This document shows positions 9,415 to 22,325 of a stretch of 64,000 bases of DNA, one piece after another. A program made the position numbers and the translations under genes. The notes below the pieces were generated by a model. That model had not been told where the DNA came from and did no database searches. It worked only from the letters and a program-made list of their open reading frames with translations. Numbering within the stretch: position 1 is the first letter of the stretch; each line of letters starts with the position of its first letter. The stretch comes from Balanoglossus misakiensis (lineage: Eukaryota > Animalia > Hemichordata): positions 10,137,337 through 10,201,336 of the forward strand of contig CM082586.2 in assembly GCA_040954595.2 (NCBI GenBank), read 5' to 3'.

Positions 9415-12400
9415 AAAATGACAAATTTTTGACTGCAAAATCTCAAAATTTCGTCCATTTTTGAAAAAAAATCATGGGTAAAAATCATCAAAAAATGACA
9501 AATTTTCGACTGCAAAATCTCAACATTTCGTCGATTTTTGAAAAAAATCATGGGTGAAAATCATCAAAAAATGACAAATTTTCGACTTTGCAAAATCTCA
9601 AAATTTCGTCGATTTTTGAAAAAAAATCATAGGTGAAAATCATCAAAAAATGACAAAATTTTCGAGTTTGCAAAATCACAAAATTTCGTTGATTTTGAAA
9701 AAAATCATAGGTTCGTCGATTTTTTTTAAAAAAACATGGGTGAAAATCATCAAAAAATGACAAATTTTCGACTTTGCAAAATCTCAAAATTTCATCAATT
9801 TTTGAAAAAATCATGGGTGAAAATCATCAAAAAATGACAAAACTTTCGACTTTGCAAAATCTCAAAATTTCGTCGATTTTTGAAAAAAAATCATGGTTGA
9901 AAATCATCAAAAAATGACAAAATTTTCGAGTTTGCAAAATCACACAATTTCGTCGATTTTGAAAAAAATCATGGGTTCGTCGATTTTTTAAAAACAACAT
10001 TGGTGAAAATCATCAAAAAATGACAAATTTTCGACTTTGCAAAATCTCAAAATTTCGTCGATTTTTAAAAAAAAATCATGGATGAAAATCATCAACAAAT
10101 GACAAATTTTCGACTTTGCAAAATCTCAAAATTTCGTCGATTTTTGAAAAAAATCATGGGTGAAAATCATCAAAAAATGACAAATTTTCGACTTTGCAAA
10201 ATCTCAACATTTCGTCGATTTTTGAAAAAAATCATAGGTGAAAATCATCAAAAAATGACAAATTTTCGACTTTGCAAAAGCTCAAAATTTCGTCCATTTT
10301 TGAAAAAAAATCATGGGTAAAAATCATCAAAAAATGACAAATTTTCGACTGCAAAATCTCAACATTTCGTCGATTTTTGAAAAAAATCATGGGTGAAAAT
10401 CATCAAAAAATGACAAATTTTCGACTTTGCAAAATCTCAAAATTTCGTCGATTTTTGAAAAAAAATCATAGGTGAAAATCATCAAAAAATGACAAAATTT
10501 TCGAGTTTGCAAAATCACAAAATTTCGTCGATTTTGAAAAATATCATAGGTTCGTCGATTTTTTTTAAAAAAACATGGGTGAAAATCATCAAAAAATGAC
10601 AAATTTTCGACTTTGCAAAATCTCAAAATTTCGTCGATTTTTGAAAAAAATCATTGGGGAAAATAATCAAAAAATGACAAATTTTCGACTTTGCAAAATC
10701 TCAAAATTTCGTCGATTTTTGAAAAAAATCATTGGGGAAAATCATCAAAAAATGACAAATTTTCGACTTTGCAAAATCTCAAAATTTCGTCGATTTTTGA
10801 AAAAAAATAATGGTTGAAAATCATCAAAAAATGACAAATTTTCGACTTTGCAAAATCTCAAAATTTCGTCGATTTTTGAAAGAAAATAATGGTTGAAAAT
10901 CATCAAAAAATGTCAAATTTTCGACTTTGCAAAATCTCAAAATTTCGTCGATTTTGAAAAAAATCATAGGTTCGTCGATTTTTTTAAAAAAAACATGGGT
11001 GAAAATCATCAAAAAATGACAAATTTTCGACTTTGCAAAATCTCAAAATTTCGTCGATTTTTGAAAAAAATCATTGGGGAAAATCATCAAAAAATGACAA
11101 ATTTTCGACTTTGCAAAATCTCAAAATTTCGTCGATTTTTGAAAAAAAATAATGGTTGAAAATCATCAAAAAATGACAAATTTTCGACTTTGCAAAATCT
11201 CAAAATTTCGTCGATTTTGAAAAAAATCATGGGTTCGTCGATTTTTTAAAAACAACATTGGTGAAAATCATCAAAAAATGACAAATTTTCGACTTTGCAA
11301 AATCTCAAAATTTCGTCGATTTTTAAAAAAAAATCATGGATGAAAATCATCAACAAATGACAAATTTGCGACTTTGCAAAATCTCAAAATTTCGTCGATT
11401 TTTGAAAAAAATCATGGGTGAAAATCATCAAAAAATGACAAATTTTCGACTTTGCAAAATCTCAACATTTCGTCGATTTTTGAAAAAAATCATAGGTGAA
11501 AATCATCAAAAAATGACAAAATTTCGACTTTGAAAAAGCTCAAAATATCGTCCATTTTTGAAAAAAAATCATGGGTAAAAATCATCAAAAAATGACAAAT
11601 TTACGACTGTAAAATCTCAACATTTCGTCGATTTTTGAAAAAAATCATGGGTGAAAATCATCAAAAAATGACAAATTTTCGACTTTGCAAAATCTCAACA
11701 TTTCGTCGATTTTTGAAAAAAATCATAGGTGAAAATCATCAAAAAATGACAAATTTTTGACTGCAAAATCTCAAAATTTCGTCGATTTTTGAAAAAAAAC
11801 ATGGGGGAAAATCATTAAAAAATGACAAATTTTCGACTGCAAAATCTCAACATTTCGTCGATTTTTGAAAAAAATCATGGGTGAAAATCATCAAAAAATG
11901 ACAAATTTTCGACTTTGCAAAATCTCAACATTTCGTCCATTTTTGAAAAAAATCATAGGTGAAAATCATCAAAAAATGACAAATTTTCGACTTTGCAAAT
12001 GCTCAAAATTTCGTCCATTTTTGAAAAAAAATCATGGGTAAAAATCATCAAAAATGACAAATTTTCGACTGCAAAATCTCAACATTTCGTCGATTTTTGA
12101 AAAAAATCATGGGTGAAAATCATCAAAAAATGACAAATTTTCGACTTTGCAAAAACTCAACATTTCGTCGATTTTTGAAAAAAATCATGGGTGAAAATCA
12201 TCAAAAAATGACAAATTTTCGACTTTGCAAATGCTCAAAATTTCGTCCATTTTTGAAAAAAAATCATGGGTAAAAATCATCAAAAATGACAAATTTTCGA
12301 CTGCAAAATCTCAACATTTCGTCGATTTTTGAAAAAAATCATGGGTGAAAATCATCAAAAAATGACAAATTTTCGACTTTGCAAAATCTCAACATTTCGT

Positions 12401-15400
12401 CGATTTTTGAAAAAAATCATGGGTGAAAATCATCAAAAAATGACAAATTTTCGACTTTGCAAAATCTCAACATTTCGTCGATTTTTGAAAAAAATCATGG
12501 GTGAAAATCATCAAAAAATGACAAATTTTCGACTTTGCAAAATCTCAAAATTTCGTCAATTTATGAAAAAATCATGGGTGAAAATCATCAAAAAATGACA
12601 AATTTTCGTCTTTGCAAAATCTCAAAATTTCGTCGGTTTTTGAAAAATAATATGGGTGAAAATCATCAAAAAATGACAAATTTTTGACTGCAAAATCTCA
12701 AAATTTCGTCGATTTTTGAAAAAAAACATGGGGGAAAACCATCAAAAAATGACAAATTTTCGACTGCAAAATCTCAACATTTCGTCGATTTTTGAAAAAA
12801 ATCATGGGTGAAAATCATCAAAAAATGACAAATTTTCGACTTTGCAAAAACTCAACATTTCGTCGATTTTTGAAAAAAATCATGGGTGAAAATCATCAAA
12901 AAATGACAAATTTTCGACTTTGCAAATGCTCAAAATTTCGTCCATTTTTGAAAAAAAATCATGGGTAAAAATCATCAAAAATGACAAATTTTCGACTGCA
13001 AAATCTCAACATTTCGTCGATTTTTGAAAAAAATCATGGGTGAAAATCATCAAAAAATGACAAATTTTCGACTTTGCAAAATCTCAACATTTCGTCGATT
13101 TTTGAAAAAAATCATGGGTGAAAATCATCAAAAAATGACAAATTTTCGACTTTGCAAAATCTCAACATTTCGTCGATTTTTGAAAAAAATCATGGGTGAA
13201 AATCATCAAAAAATGACAAATTTTCGACTTTGCAAAATCTCAAAATTTCGTCAATTTATGAAAAAATCATGGGTGAAAATCATCAAAAAATGACAAATTT
13301 TCGTCTTTGCAAAATCTCAAAATTTCGTCGATTTTTGAAAAAAATCATAGGTGAAAATAATAAAAAAATGACAAATTTTCGACTTTGCAAAAGCTCAAAA
13401 TTTCGTCCATTTTTGAAAAAAAATCATGGGTAAAAATCATCAAAAAATGACAAATTTACGACTGTAAAATCTCAACATTTCGTCGATTTTTGAAAAAAAT
13501 CATGGGTGAAAATCATCAAAAAATGACAAATTTTCGACTTTGCAAAATCTCAACATTTCGTCGATTTTTGAAAAAAATCATAGGTGAAAATCATCAAAAA
13601 ATGACAAATTTTTGACTGCAAAATCTCAAAATTTCGTCGATTTTTGAAAAAAAACATGGGGGAAAATCATTAAAAATGACAAATTTTCGACTGCAAAAAA
13701 TCAACATTTCGTCGATTTTTGAAAAAAATCATGGGTGAAAATCATCAAAAAATGACAAATTTTCGACTTTGCAAAATCTCAACATTTCGTCGATTTTGGA
13801 AAAAAATCATAGGTGAAAATCATCAAAAAATGACAAATTTTCGACTTTGCAAATGCTCAACATTTCGTCGATTTTTGAAAAAAATCATGGGTGAAAATCA
13901 TCAAAAAATGACAAATTTTCGACTTTGCAAAATCTCAACATTTCGTCGATTTTTGAAAAAAATCATGGGTGAAAATCATCAAAAAATGACAAATTTTCGA
14001 CTTTGCAAAATCTCAAAATTTCGTCAATTTATGAAAAAATCATGGGTGAAAATCATCAAAAAATGACAAATTTTCGTCTTTGCAAAATCTCAAAATTTCG
14101 TCGATTTTTGAAAAAAATCATAGGTGAAAATAATAAAAAAAATGACAAATTTTCGACTTTGCAAAAGCTCAAAATTTCGTCCATTTTTGAAAAAAAATCA
14201 TGGGTAAAAATCATCAAAAAATGACAAATTTACGACTGTAAAATCTCAACATTTCGTCGATTTTTGAAAAAAATCATGGGTGAAAATCATCAAAAAATGA
14301 CAAATTTTCGACTTTGCAAAATCTCAACATTTCGTCGATTTTTGAAAAAAATCATAGGTGAAAATCATCAAAAAATGACAAATTTTTGACTGCAAAATCT
14401 CAAAATTTCGTCGATTTTTGAAAAAAAACATGGGGGAAAATCATTAAAAATGACAAATTTTCGACTGCAAAATCTCAACATTTCGTCGATTTTTGAAAAA
14501 AATCATGGGTGAAAATCATCAAAAAATGACAAATTTTCGACTTTGCAAAATCTCAACATTTCGTCGATTTTGGAAAAAAATCATAGGTGAAAATCATCAA
14601 AAAATGACAAATTTTCGACTTTGCAAATGCTCAACATTTCGTCGATTTTTGAAAAAAATCATGGGTGAAAATCATCAAAAAATGACAAATTTTCGACTTT
14701 GCAAAATCTCAACATTTCGTCGATTTTTGAAAAAAATCATGGGTGAAAATCATCAAAAAATGACAAATTTTCGACTTTGCAAAATCTCAAAATTTCGTCA
14801 ATTTATGAAAAAATCATGGGTGAAAATCATCAAAAAATGACAAATTTTCGTCTTTGCAAAATCTCAAAATTTCGTCGATTTTTGAAAAAAATCATAGGTG
14901 AAAATAATAAAAAAATGACAAATTTTCGACTTTGCAAAAGCTCAAAATTTCGTCCATTTTTGAAAAAAAATCATGGGTAAAAATCATCAAAAAATGACAA
15001 ATTTTTGACTGCAAAATCTCAAAATTTCGTCGATTTTTGAAAAAAAACATGGGGGAAAATCATTAAAAATGACAAATTTTCGACTGCAAAATCTCAACAT
15101 TTCGTCGATTTTTGAAAAAAATCATGGGTGAAAATCATCAAAAAATGACAAATTTTCGACTTTGCAAAATCTCAACATTTCGTCGATTTTGGAAAAAAAT
15201 CATAGGTGAAAATCATCAAAAAATGACAAATTTTCGACTTTGCAAATGCTCAACATTTCGTCGATTTTTGAAAAAAATCATGGGTGAAAATCATCAAAAA
15301 ATGACAAATTTTCGACTTTGCAAAATCTCAACATTTCGTCGATTTTTGAAAAAAATCATGGGTGAAAATCATCAAAAAATGACAAATTTTCGACTTTGCA

Positions 15401-16830
15401 AAATCTCAAAATTTCGTCAATTTATGAAAAAATCATGGGTGAAAATCATCAAAAAATGACAAATTTTCGTCTTTGCAAAATCTCAAAATTTCGTCGATTT
15501 TTGAAAAAAATCATAGGTGAAAATAATAAAAAAATGACAAATTTTCGACTTTGCAAAAGCTCAAAATTTCGTCCATTTTTGAAAAAAAATCATGGGTAAA
15601 AATCATCAAAAAATGACAAATTTACGACTGTAAAGTCTCAACATTTCGTCGATTTTTGAAAAAAATCATGGGTGAAAATCATCAAAAAATGACAAATTTT
15701 CGACTTTGCAAAATCTCAACATTTCGTCGATTTTTGAAAAAAATCATAGGTGAAAATCATCAAAAAATGACAAATTTTTGACTGCAAAATCTCAAAATTT
15801 CGTCGATTTTTGAAAAAAAAACATGGGGGAAAATCATTAAAAAATGACAAATTTTCGACTGCAAAATCTCAACATTTCGTCGATTTTTGAAAAAAAATCA
15901 TGGGTGAAAATCATCAAAAAATGACAAATTTTCGACTTTGCAAAATCTCAACATTTCGTCGATTTTTGAAAAAAATCATAGGTGAAAATCATCAAAAAAT
16001 GACAAATTTTCGACTTTGCAAATGCTCAAAATTTCGTCCATTTTTGAAAAAAAATCATGGGTAAAAATCATCAAAAATGACAAATTTTCGACTGCAAAAT
16101 CTCAACATTTCGTCGATTTTTGAAAAAAATCATGGGTGAAAATCATCAAAAAATGACAAATTTTCGACTTTGCAAAAACTCAACATTTCGTCGATTTTTG
16201 AAAAAAATCATGGGTGAAAATCATCAAAAAATGACAAATTTTCGACTTTGCAAATGCTCAAAATTTCGTCCATTTTTGAAAAAAATCATGGGTAAAAATC
16301 ATCAAAAATGACAAATTTTCGACTGCAAAATCTCAACATTTCGTCGATTTTTGAAAAAAATCATAGGTGAAAATCATCAAAAAATGACAAATTTTCGACT
16401 TTGCAAAATCTCAACATTTCGTCGATTTTTGAAAAAAATCATGGGTGAAAATCATCAAAAAATGACAAATTTTCGACTTTGCAAAATCTCAACATTTCGT
16501 CGATTTTTGAAAAAAATCATGGGTGAAAATCATCAAAAAATGACAAATTTTCGACTTTGCAAAATCTCAAAATTTCGTCAATTTATGAAAAAATCATGGG
16601 TGAAAATCATCAAAAAATGACAAATTTTCGTCTTTGCAAAATCTCAAAATTTCGTCGGTTTTTGAAAAATAATATGGGTGAAAATCATCAAAAAATGACA
16701 AATTTTTGACTGCAAAATCTCAAAATTTCGTCGATTTTTGAAAAAAAACATGGGGGAAAATCATCAAAAAATGACAAATTTTCGACTTTGCAAAATCTCA
16801 AAATTTCATCGATTTTTGAAAAAAATCATG
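9413..16830. repeat. 78-bp satellite array (~95 monomers) with higher-order repeats
   Basis: Consensus AAAAAATCATGGGTGAAAATCATCAAAAAATGACAAATTTTCGACTTTGCAAAATCTCAAAATTTCGTCGATTTTTGA, with 76-79-bp and ~30-bp partial variants. Matching blocks recur at 695, 774 and 619 bp. Confidence 0.97.
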
Positions 16831-17140
16831 GCAGGTGTCAAAGGTATCCCCCTGTATTTGGTATTTCATGATAGTTTCATCCCTCCAAATACCAAAGCTG
16901 CACCTGTACAACGGGATGAGATATGGCACTGTATGACAGAGGTCATCAAAATCACCTTATACATTTGGGCAAAAACCAACTGACACTTACATTCGTCCCT
17001 GTGGAACAAAAACCACACCTATCGCCCTGTTGGTTAGTGTCCAATTAAATGTACAAAATCAATGACTTAGGCAGGTGCAACAGGTGACCCCGCCTTTGGT
17101 ATATCATTATGGTCCCATCCGTATATGCCCCCCTGTGACC
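16831..17140. repeat. Single diverged homologue of the 239-bp monomer plus its flank
   Basis: GCAGGTG(T/C) occurs at 16831 and 17071 (240 bp apart). Shared blocks in the same order: CCCTCCAAA, ATTTGGGCAA and AACAAAAACC..ACCTAT.GCC.T.TTGGTTAG. Confidence 0.75.
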
Positions 17141-17319
17141 GCCAAAGCTTTTCCGTAATATTCAAAAGTCAGAGTCGAGTTTCCATATACGGGTCTTCGG
17201 TTTATTATCGATAAATCGATCGAGCGATCGCCGAAAGCGACCGTACGAGACTGTACACAATAGTCGAAAGACTTCGAAAGACGAGATGTGCGCAGACCTC
17301 GATGCGAATAGGCCAAATA

Positions 17320-17480
17320 GACCTCGAGAATGACCGAGACTGATTCGAATAGACCGAATAAACCGTGGTACGAAAAGACCGAGTAAACCGAATAGTCTTA
17401 GACCGTAATAGACCTTGTCTCGAATAGACCAAGACCGAATGGTATAGACCGAGTAAACCGTAAACCGTAAAAACTGAAAC
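17320..17480. repeat. Degenerate ~10-bp minisatellite (A/G)ACCGAATA / AAACCGAGTA
   Basis: More than 10 occurrences of (G/A)ACCG(A/T) or AGACC in 160 bp; CpG-rich relative to its flanks. Confidence 0.65.
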
Positions 17481-18206
17481 ATAAATACAAATACAAAATG
17501 TCAAATCGAAAGAATTACATATACGAAAATCGAGAATGATTTCAATCGAAAACAGATATGTGCCATCAGTGACAGTGTGCATTCAACGTCTTATAACTAA
17601 GCATGAATATACGGTGCTGGCATAATGTGAGTGTGGCCATACGATGCTTTCGCTATTAATGAACAACTTGTACGTTAACAAATGCCAGTTTTGTTGGCAA
17701 AAAGTATGTTTTTGGCTTTTCACAACATTGAACATACATTCATAGTTCAATAACTTGTGAGTTGTGGACCTAAACGTTCATACGTTCAATGTTCTGGTGT
17801 TTTTTTAACGGAGCGATCGGTCACGATGTTACCAACGAGCATGTACAGTCTAAACTAAATCCTCGTTGTGTATGTTTCTTTGTTTGTTTTTTGTTGTTTT
17901 TTACATGCTATTACATACAAATATGAAAAGTTTCATTTCAGTTATTCATTAAAATGCAAACATTTGCCAAAAAACATGTGAATAGACACCTCACAGGCCA
18001 TAGTCGTATCATTAGCTTTCAATTGTCAATTTTAGCATGACATCGTGAGTAATTGAGCTAATTTTGCATATTTTCCATGCTGCACCTTGTCTGACAAGGT
18101 AATCGATTGCATATTTGAATTCCTTGACCCTGAAAACATTGCAATAGACACCTCATTAACACTGTTGGCTCTCTTTTGTAGACCATTGATTTTAGATGGG
18201 CGTGTC

Positions 18207-19268
18207 ACCTAATTAACATAAATTAGCATTTTTACCAATTCACCAAACGTTTCTAAATTTAAAAAATGCTTAAAATATTTAAATGAATATAAGAATATGA
18301 TTTCAATAGACTATTATGGTGTTGACCTGTGATATTGCACCATAATGGCTACAAACAGCGTTTTCTTTTAGGTATTTTGAAATTATGACGTCACAAATTA
18401 ATTTGCCATTTTCGACATGAAAACGTGAAAAGAATTTTTGGGAACAGGCAAATTCGAAATCAGCGTATTCGAAATATCCAAAAACAACTTGTTCCCAGCT
18501 TGTACCAAAAAAATGAATGACATGCTTTTAAAATGCTCATTTTCTGAAATTTCCACCTGGACCTAATTAACATAAATTAGCATTTTACCAATTCACAAAA
18601 TGTTTCTAAATTAAAAAAATTGTTTAAAAATATTTAAATGAATATAAGAATATGATTTCAATAGACTATTATGGTGTTGACCTGTGATATTGCGCCATAA
18701 TGGCTACAAACAGCGTTTTCTTTTAGGTATTTTGAAATTATGACGTCACAAATTAATTTGCCATTTTCGACATGAAAACGTGAAAAGAATTTTTGGGAAC
18801 AGGCAACTTCGAAATCAGCGTATTCGAAATATCCAAAAACAACTTGTTCCCAGCTTGTACCAAAAAAATGAATGACATGCTTTTAAAATGCTCATTTTCT
18901 GAAATTTCCACCTGGACCTAATTAACATAAATTAGCATTTTACCAATTCACAAAATGTTTCTAAATTAAAAAAATTGTTTAAAAATATTTAAATGAATAT
19001 AAGAATATGATTTCAATAGACTATTATGGTGTTGACCTGTGATATTGCGCCATAATGGCTACAAACAGCGTTTTCTTTTAGGTATTTTGAAATTATGACG
19101 TCACAAATTAATTTGCCATTTTCGACATGAAAACGTGAAAAGAATTTTTGGGAACAGGCAACTTCGAAATCAGCGTATTCGAAATATCCAAAAACAACTT
19201 GTTCCCAGCTTGTACCAAAAAATGCCTGACATGCTTTTAAAATGCTCATTTTCTGAAATTTCCACCTG
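18207..19268. repeat. ~355-bp tandem repeat, 3 copies
   Basis: ACCTAATTAACATAAATTAGCATTTT at ~18208, 18561 and 18916; copies near-identical. Confidence 0.95.
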
Positions 19269-19272
19269 ACTA

Positions 19273-19415
19273 AACGTTCGACCACACACACCTTTCATCC
19301 CACATGCAGACACGAGAGTGAAAAACTCGCCAAAATGAATAATCGGTCTCTACCGTTTATTCATTTGGGCGAGATTTTGACTCTCATATCCTACAAACAT
19401 GTGTGGTCGAACGTT
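19273..19415. repeat. Nested inverted repeat / foldback (MITE-like)
   Basis: Outer perfect 16-bp IR AACGTTCGACCACACA...TGTGTGGTCGAACGTT. Inner 34-bp arms 19314-19347 and 19352-19385 (4 mismatches) around a 4-nt loop. Confidence 0.85.
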
Positions 19416-20266
19416 GATTCACTATATATACACAGGGTGTGTTGAATCAAACATAATCAATGGAAAGGGGGCAGCGAGAGAGAGACTTTGTCCCTTTAAG
19501 GAAAAAATTAATTAATTAGGCCTATGTAATCATCATAAGGCAGTATGTGCCTCTGGACAGACTTGACAAAATGATAATGCTCCAAACCTTTCTATTCTTT
19601 TGTGAGGAGAGATTTGTTATCAAATAATAATATTCACATCTTGTTATCATAGAAATCATGAAAGCACTTTTTGATTCAAAAAGTATAATTTGATGTAGCC
19701 CTAGAATGTATCTTCTGCCAATTCTTTACTATTAAACACGTGATCTGGCCATGTAACCCACGGCGTTGTCATTTTCAGATATTTCGGCAAAAGTTTTTCG
19801 GAGTATGTTTTTACTTTATAACCGCCAAATACACAACATGTATCAGGTATGGGGCCTCATCAACCTCATTGCATTTCGTCTGCACAGTATTTGTCTGCAC
19901 CACGTTGCTGAAGTTGCCCGTCATCTGGAAATTTGAATGCCAACGTAACTGCCGTCTGAGCACGTCTGACATCATTTGATATCGAAGAATCTTTCCCTTT
20001 TTGTGCAAAATCACATGAGTCTGAGAAGGCGAAATGTTTATTCCCCTGAATAACTGAACCCATTGCTAACACATAATACTAAATCGGTTCGACTTAACTT
20101 TCCCTTTAAGGCGTTCAAAATAACGCACAACGTATCAAAAACATGCAAAGTAATACACATGATATACAGCACCATCTTAACTCATTTTTGATGTTTGAAA
20201 TAATTTGCACAATTTCTACCCTCCTTATTCACAGATATCAACGGGCTGCCTGCGGATTCAAGGTTG

Positions 20267-20563
20267 TTAGGTCCCATTGGTATAGGCATATATACCATGG
20301 GACCTTATGGGATCGGTTGCGTCTGCATGTATTTATGTATGTATGTATGTATGTATGGATGTATGTCTGTATGTCCGTCCACATCAAAAACTTGAAAACC
20401 ACTGCGTGTATCACCTTGATATTTGGTGTGCCAGATGCAGGCTGGGCTGTAGATGGGAGTTTGTTCAAATGAAATTGTCATTGCCCAAAATATGCAAATT
20501 AGATGGAAAATGTGAATTTGGTCATAACTCAGTAACCCAAGAACTACTGGTCAGATTGCTTTG
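20267..20563 (+). mobile_element. Helentron/HINE-type 5' end fragment
   Basis: TT-AGGTCCCAT...ATGGGACCT hairpin (20269-20305), then (TATG)n/GTCTGT/GTCCGTCC microsatellite, then a core homologous to 9133-9414. Confidence 0.8.
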
Positions 20564-20734
20564 CGAAGTGGTGTGTATTTACTTTATTTTGTTGTTTATA
20601 TACACAGCAAATTCCTGAATGATTACATAACTGGCTAAGTTTTAAAGAGGCCAGCTGTTCTATTTAGTGTATGTACAGTACATATGCCATTGGTAGCTTA
20701 TGGGTCAGTCAGTGCTCGCCCATTGATCTCTTGC

Positions 20735-20822
20735 TGTGTGTGTATGTGTGTGTATGTGTGTGTGTGTGTGTGCGTGAGTGTGTTTGTTTGTGTGTGTGTG
20801 TGTGTCTGTCTGTCTGTCTGTA
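20735..20822. repeat. Compound (TG)n/(TCTG)n microsatellite
   Basis: Directly visible. Confidence 0.95.
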
Positions 20823-21579
20823 TATGGCCATATACTCCGGTGTAGACTTTTTCTTGTGTATTCCCTCAATGGGACCACTGTGTCCTTGACGCGATTTTTT
20901 GTTCAACGAATGAAATGAGGAAGTGACGCAATTTCCGGTTGATAGCCAGCATTGTGTCTATTATAGTGAAAGTCAGATCTCATAAAAGGGAACTTATCAA
21001 ACAAGGGTAATACATACAATGAAAATAACGCTGCATCAACAAATACCTAAAGTGAGGTCCGCATTTTACGGGAGATGTTGCCATTAAAATTGAAATTCGA
21101 GTAATGGAGATATCATCGCTTTATATATGTCTTTTAGATTACTGTACTTCATTCAGCTATGTTTAACTGCCCAGTTGATGGCAAATACCATTTTGGATAT
21201 ATATTTTTTTCTTTGTGAAATAAATATCGATGAACAAACCTTTAACATGAAAAGAATTGCCCTACCCATGGATTCGGGTTGAATTTGCCCATATAACGAT
21301 ATAAGGTTTCATAGAAAAGGTCCGATGGTAAACAACATGTTTGAATGAACCGCCCATACTACACGAAAAACTGTAACGTCACAATCACGTGATCTTTTGT
21401 TTACTCTAACAACAACTAACTGCGCAAGTAACGTCACATTGTATGGGTACGTACCCATAAAATGTATTATTTCATTTTTTACATACTGAACCATGACAAC
21501 TGACCAAGTCACTCACGAGTTGTTTTATTTTGGCAAGTAAAGTATTAAACAAGTTTATTGTTCAGCTCAAAAATATACA

Positions 21580-22325
21580 TGTCAAGTTTGCAGCTGCCTA
21601 TGGATTTGAACATGTCACATCAAGTCCAAGATACCCCAAATCTAATGGCATGGCAGAAAATGCAGTCAAAAGTGCAAATTTATCGCTTATGAAGAAAGCC
21701 AAGCGAAATAACAAGGATCCATATTTAGCTCTGCTGGATCATAGAAACATACCACGTGACAGTCAGTTGGGATCACCTGGGCAGAGACTCATGGGTAGGA
21801 GAACCAAAAACACTCTTTCCAACCAGCGAGATTTTGCTGAAGCCCAAACAAGTTGAGAATGTAAAGCCAAGCCTAGAAACATTGAAACAAAGACAGAAAT
21901 AATATCATGACCAGCATGCCAAACATCTGCCCAGTTTATCAAACGATTAGTTTGTGAGGATGAAGACACCCAAAGGATGGAAACCAGCAGTTGTACAGTC
22001 CAGAGCAAATACACCACGATCATATATTGTCGAGTCAGATGGACACATGTACCGTAGAAACCGCCGTGACCAGGAAAACAAAAGAAATGCCAGTTGTTCC
22101 AGATGTCGCTGATGACCACCTGCTTGTAAAGCATTGTCAACCACCTGCTGTTGAAGAAACTACGCCAGATGTAAAACCTCTCAAAGAGATGACGGTAACC
22201 AATCCTAACTCGGTTTGTAGCAGTATGACGCAAGCAGATGCCACAGGCAACCAGTCAGTGAAAACCACTTCCAGAGGACGCGTTGTGAGAAGACCAGTAA
22301 GATTCCAGGACTATGTAGACACTCA
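21580..22325 (+). pseudogene. Ty3/Gypsy integrase C-terminal fragment, frameshifted
   Basis: FAAAYGFEHVTSSPRYPKSNGMAENAVK, PYLALLDHRNIP, GSPGQRLMGRRT, WKPAVV..TPRSYIV and terminal TSRGRVVRRPVRFQDYV; several frame changes. Confidence 0.88.

Noticed and set aside
9413-16830. MGENHQKMTNFRLCK repeat ORFs
   Set aside because: They arise because 78 is divisible by 3, and are constantly broken by homopolymer indels.
9413-16830. CENP-B box in the 78-bp satellite (TTCG motifs)
   Set aside because: The downstream A..CGGG half of the box is absent.
9133-20563. Inverted ~290-bp pair as the TIRs of one 11-kb transposon carrying the satellite
   Set aside because: The terminal hairpins are on the inner sides and the copies are clearly diverged; better explained as two independent head-to-head Helentron-type 5' ends.
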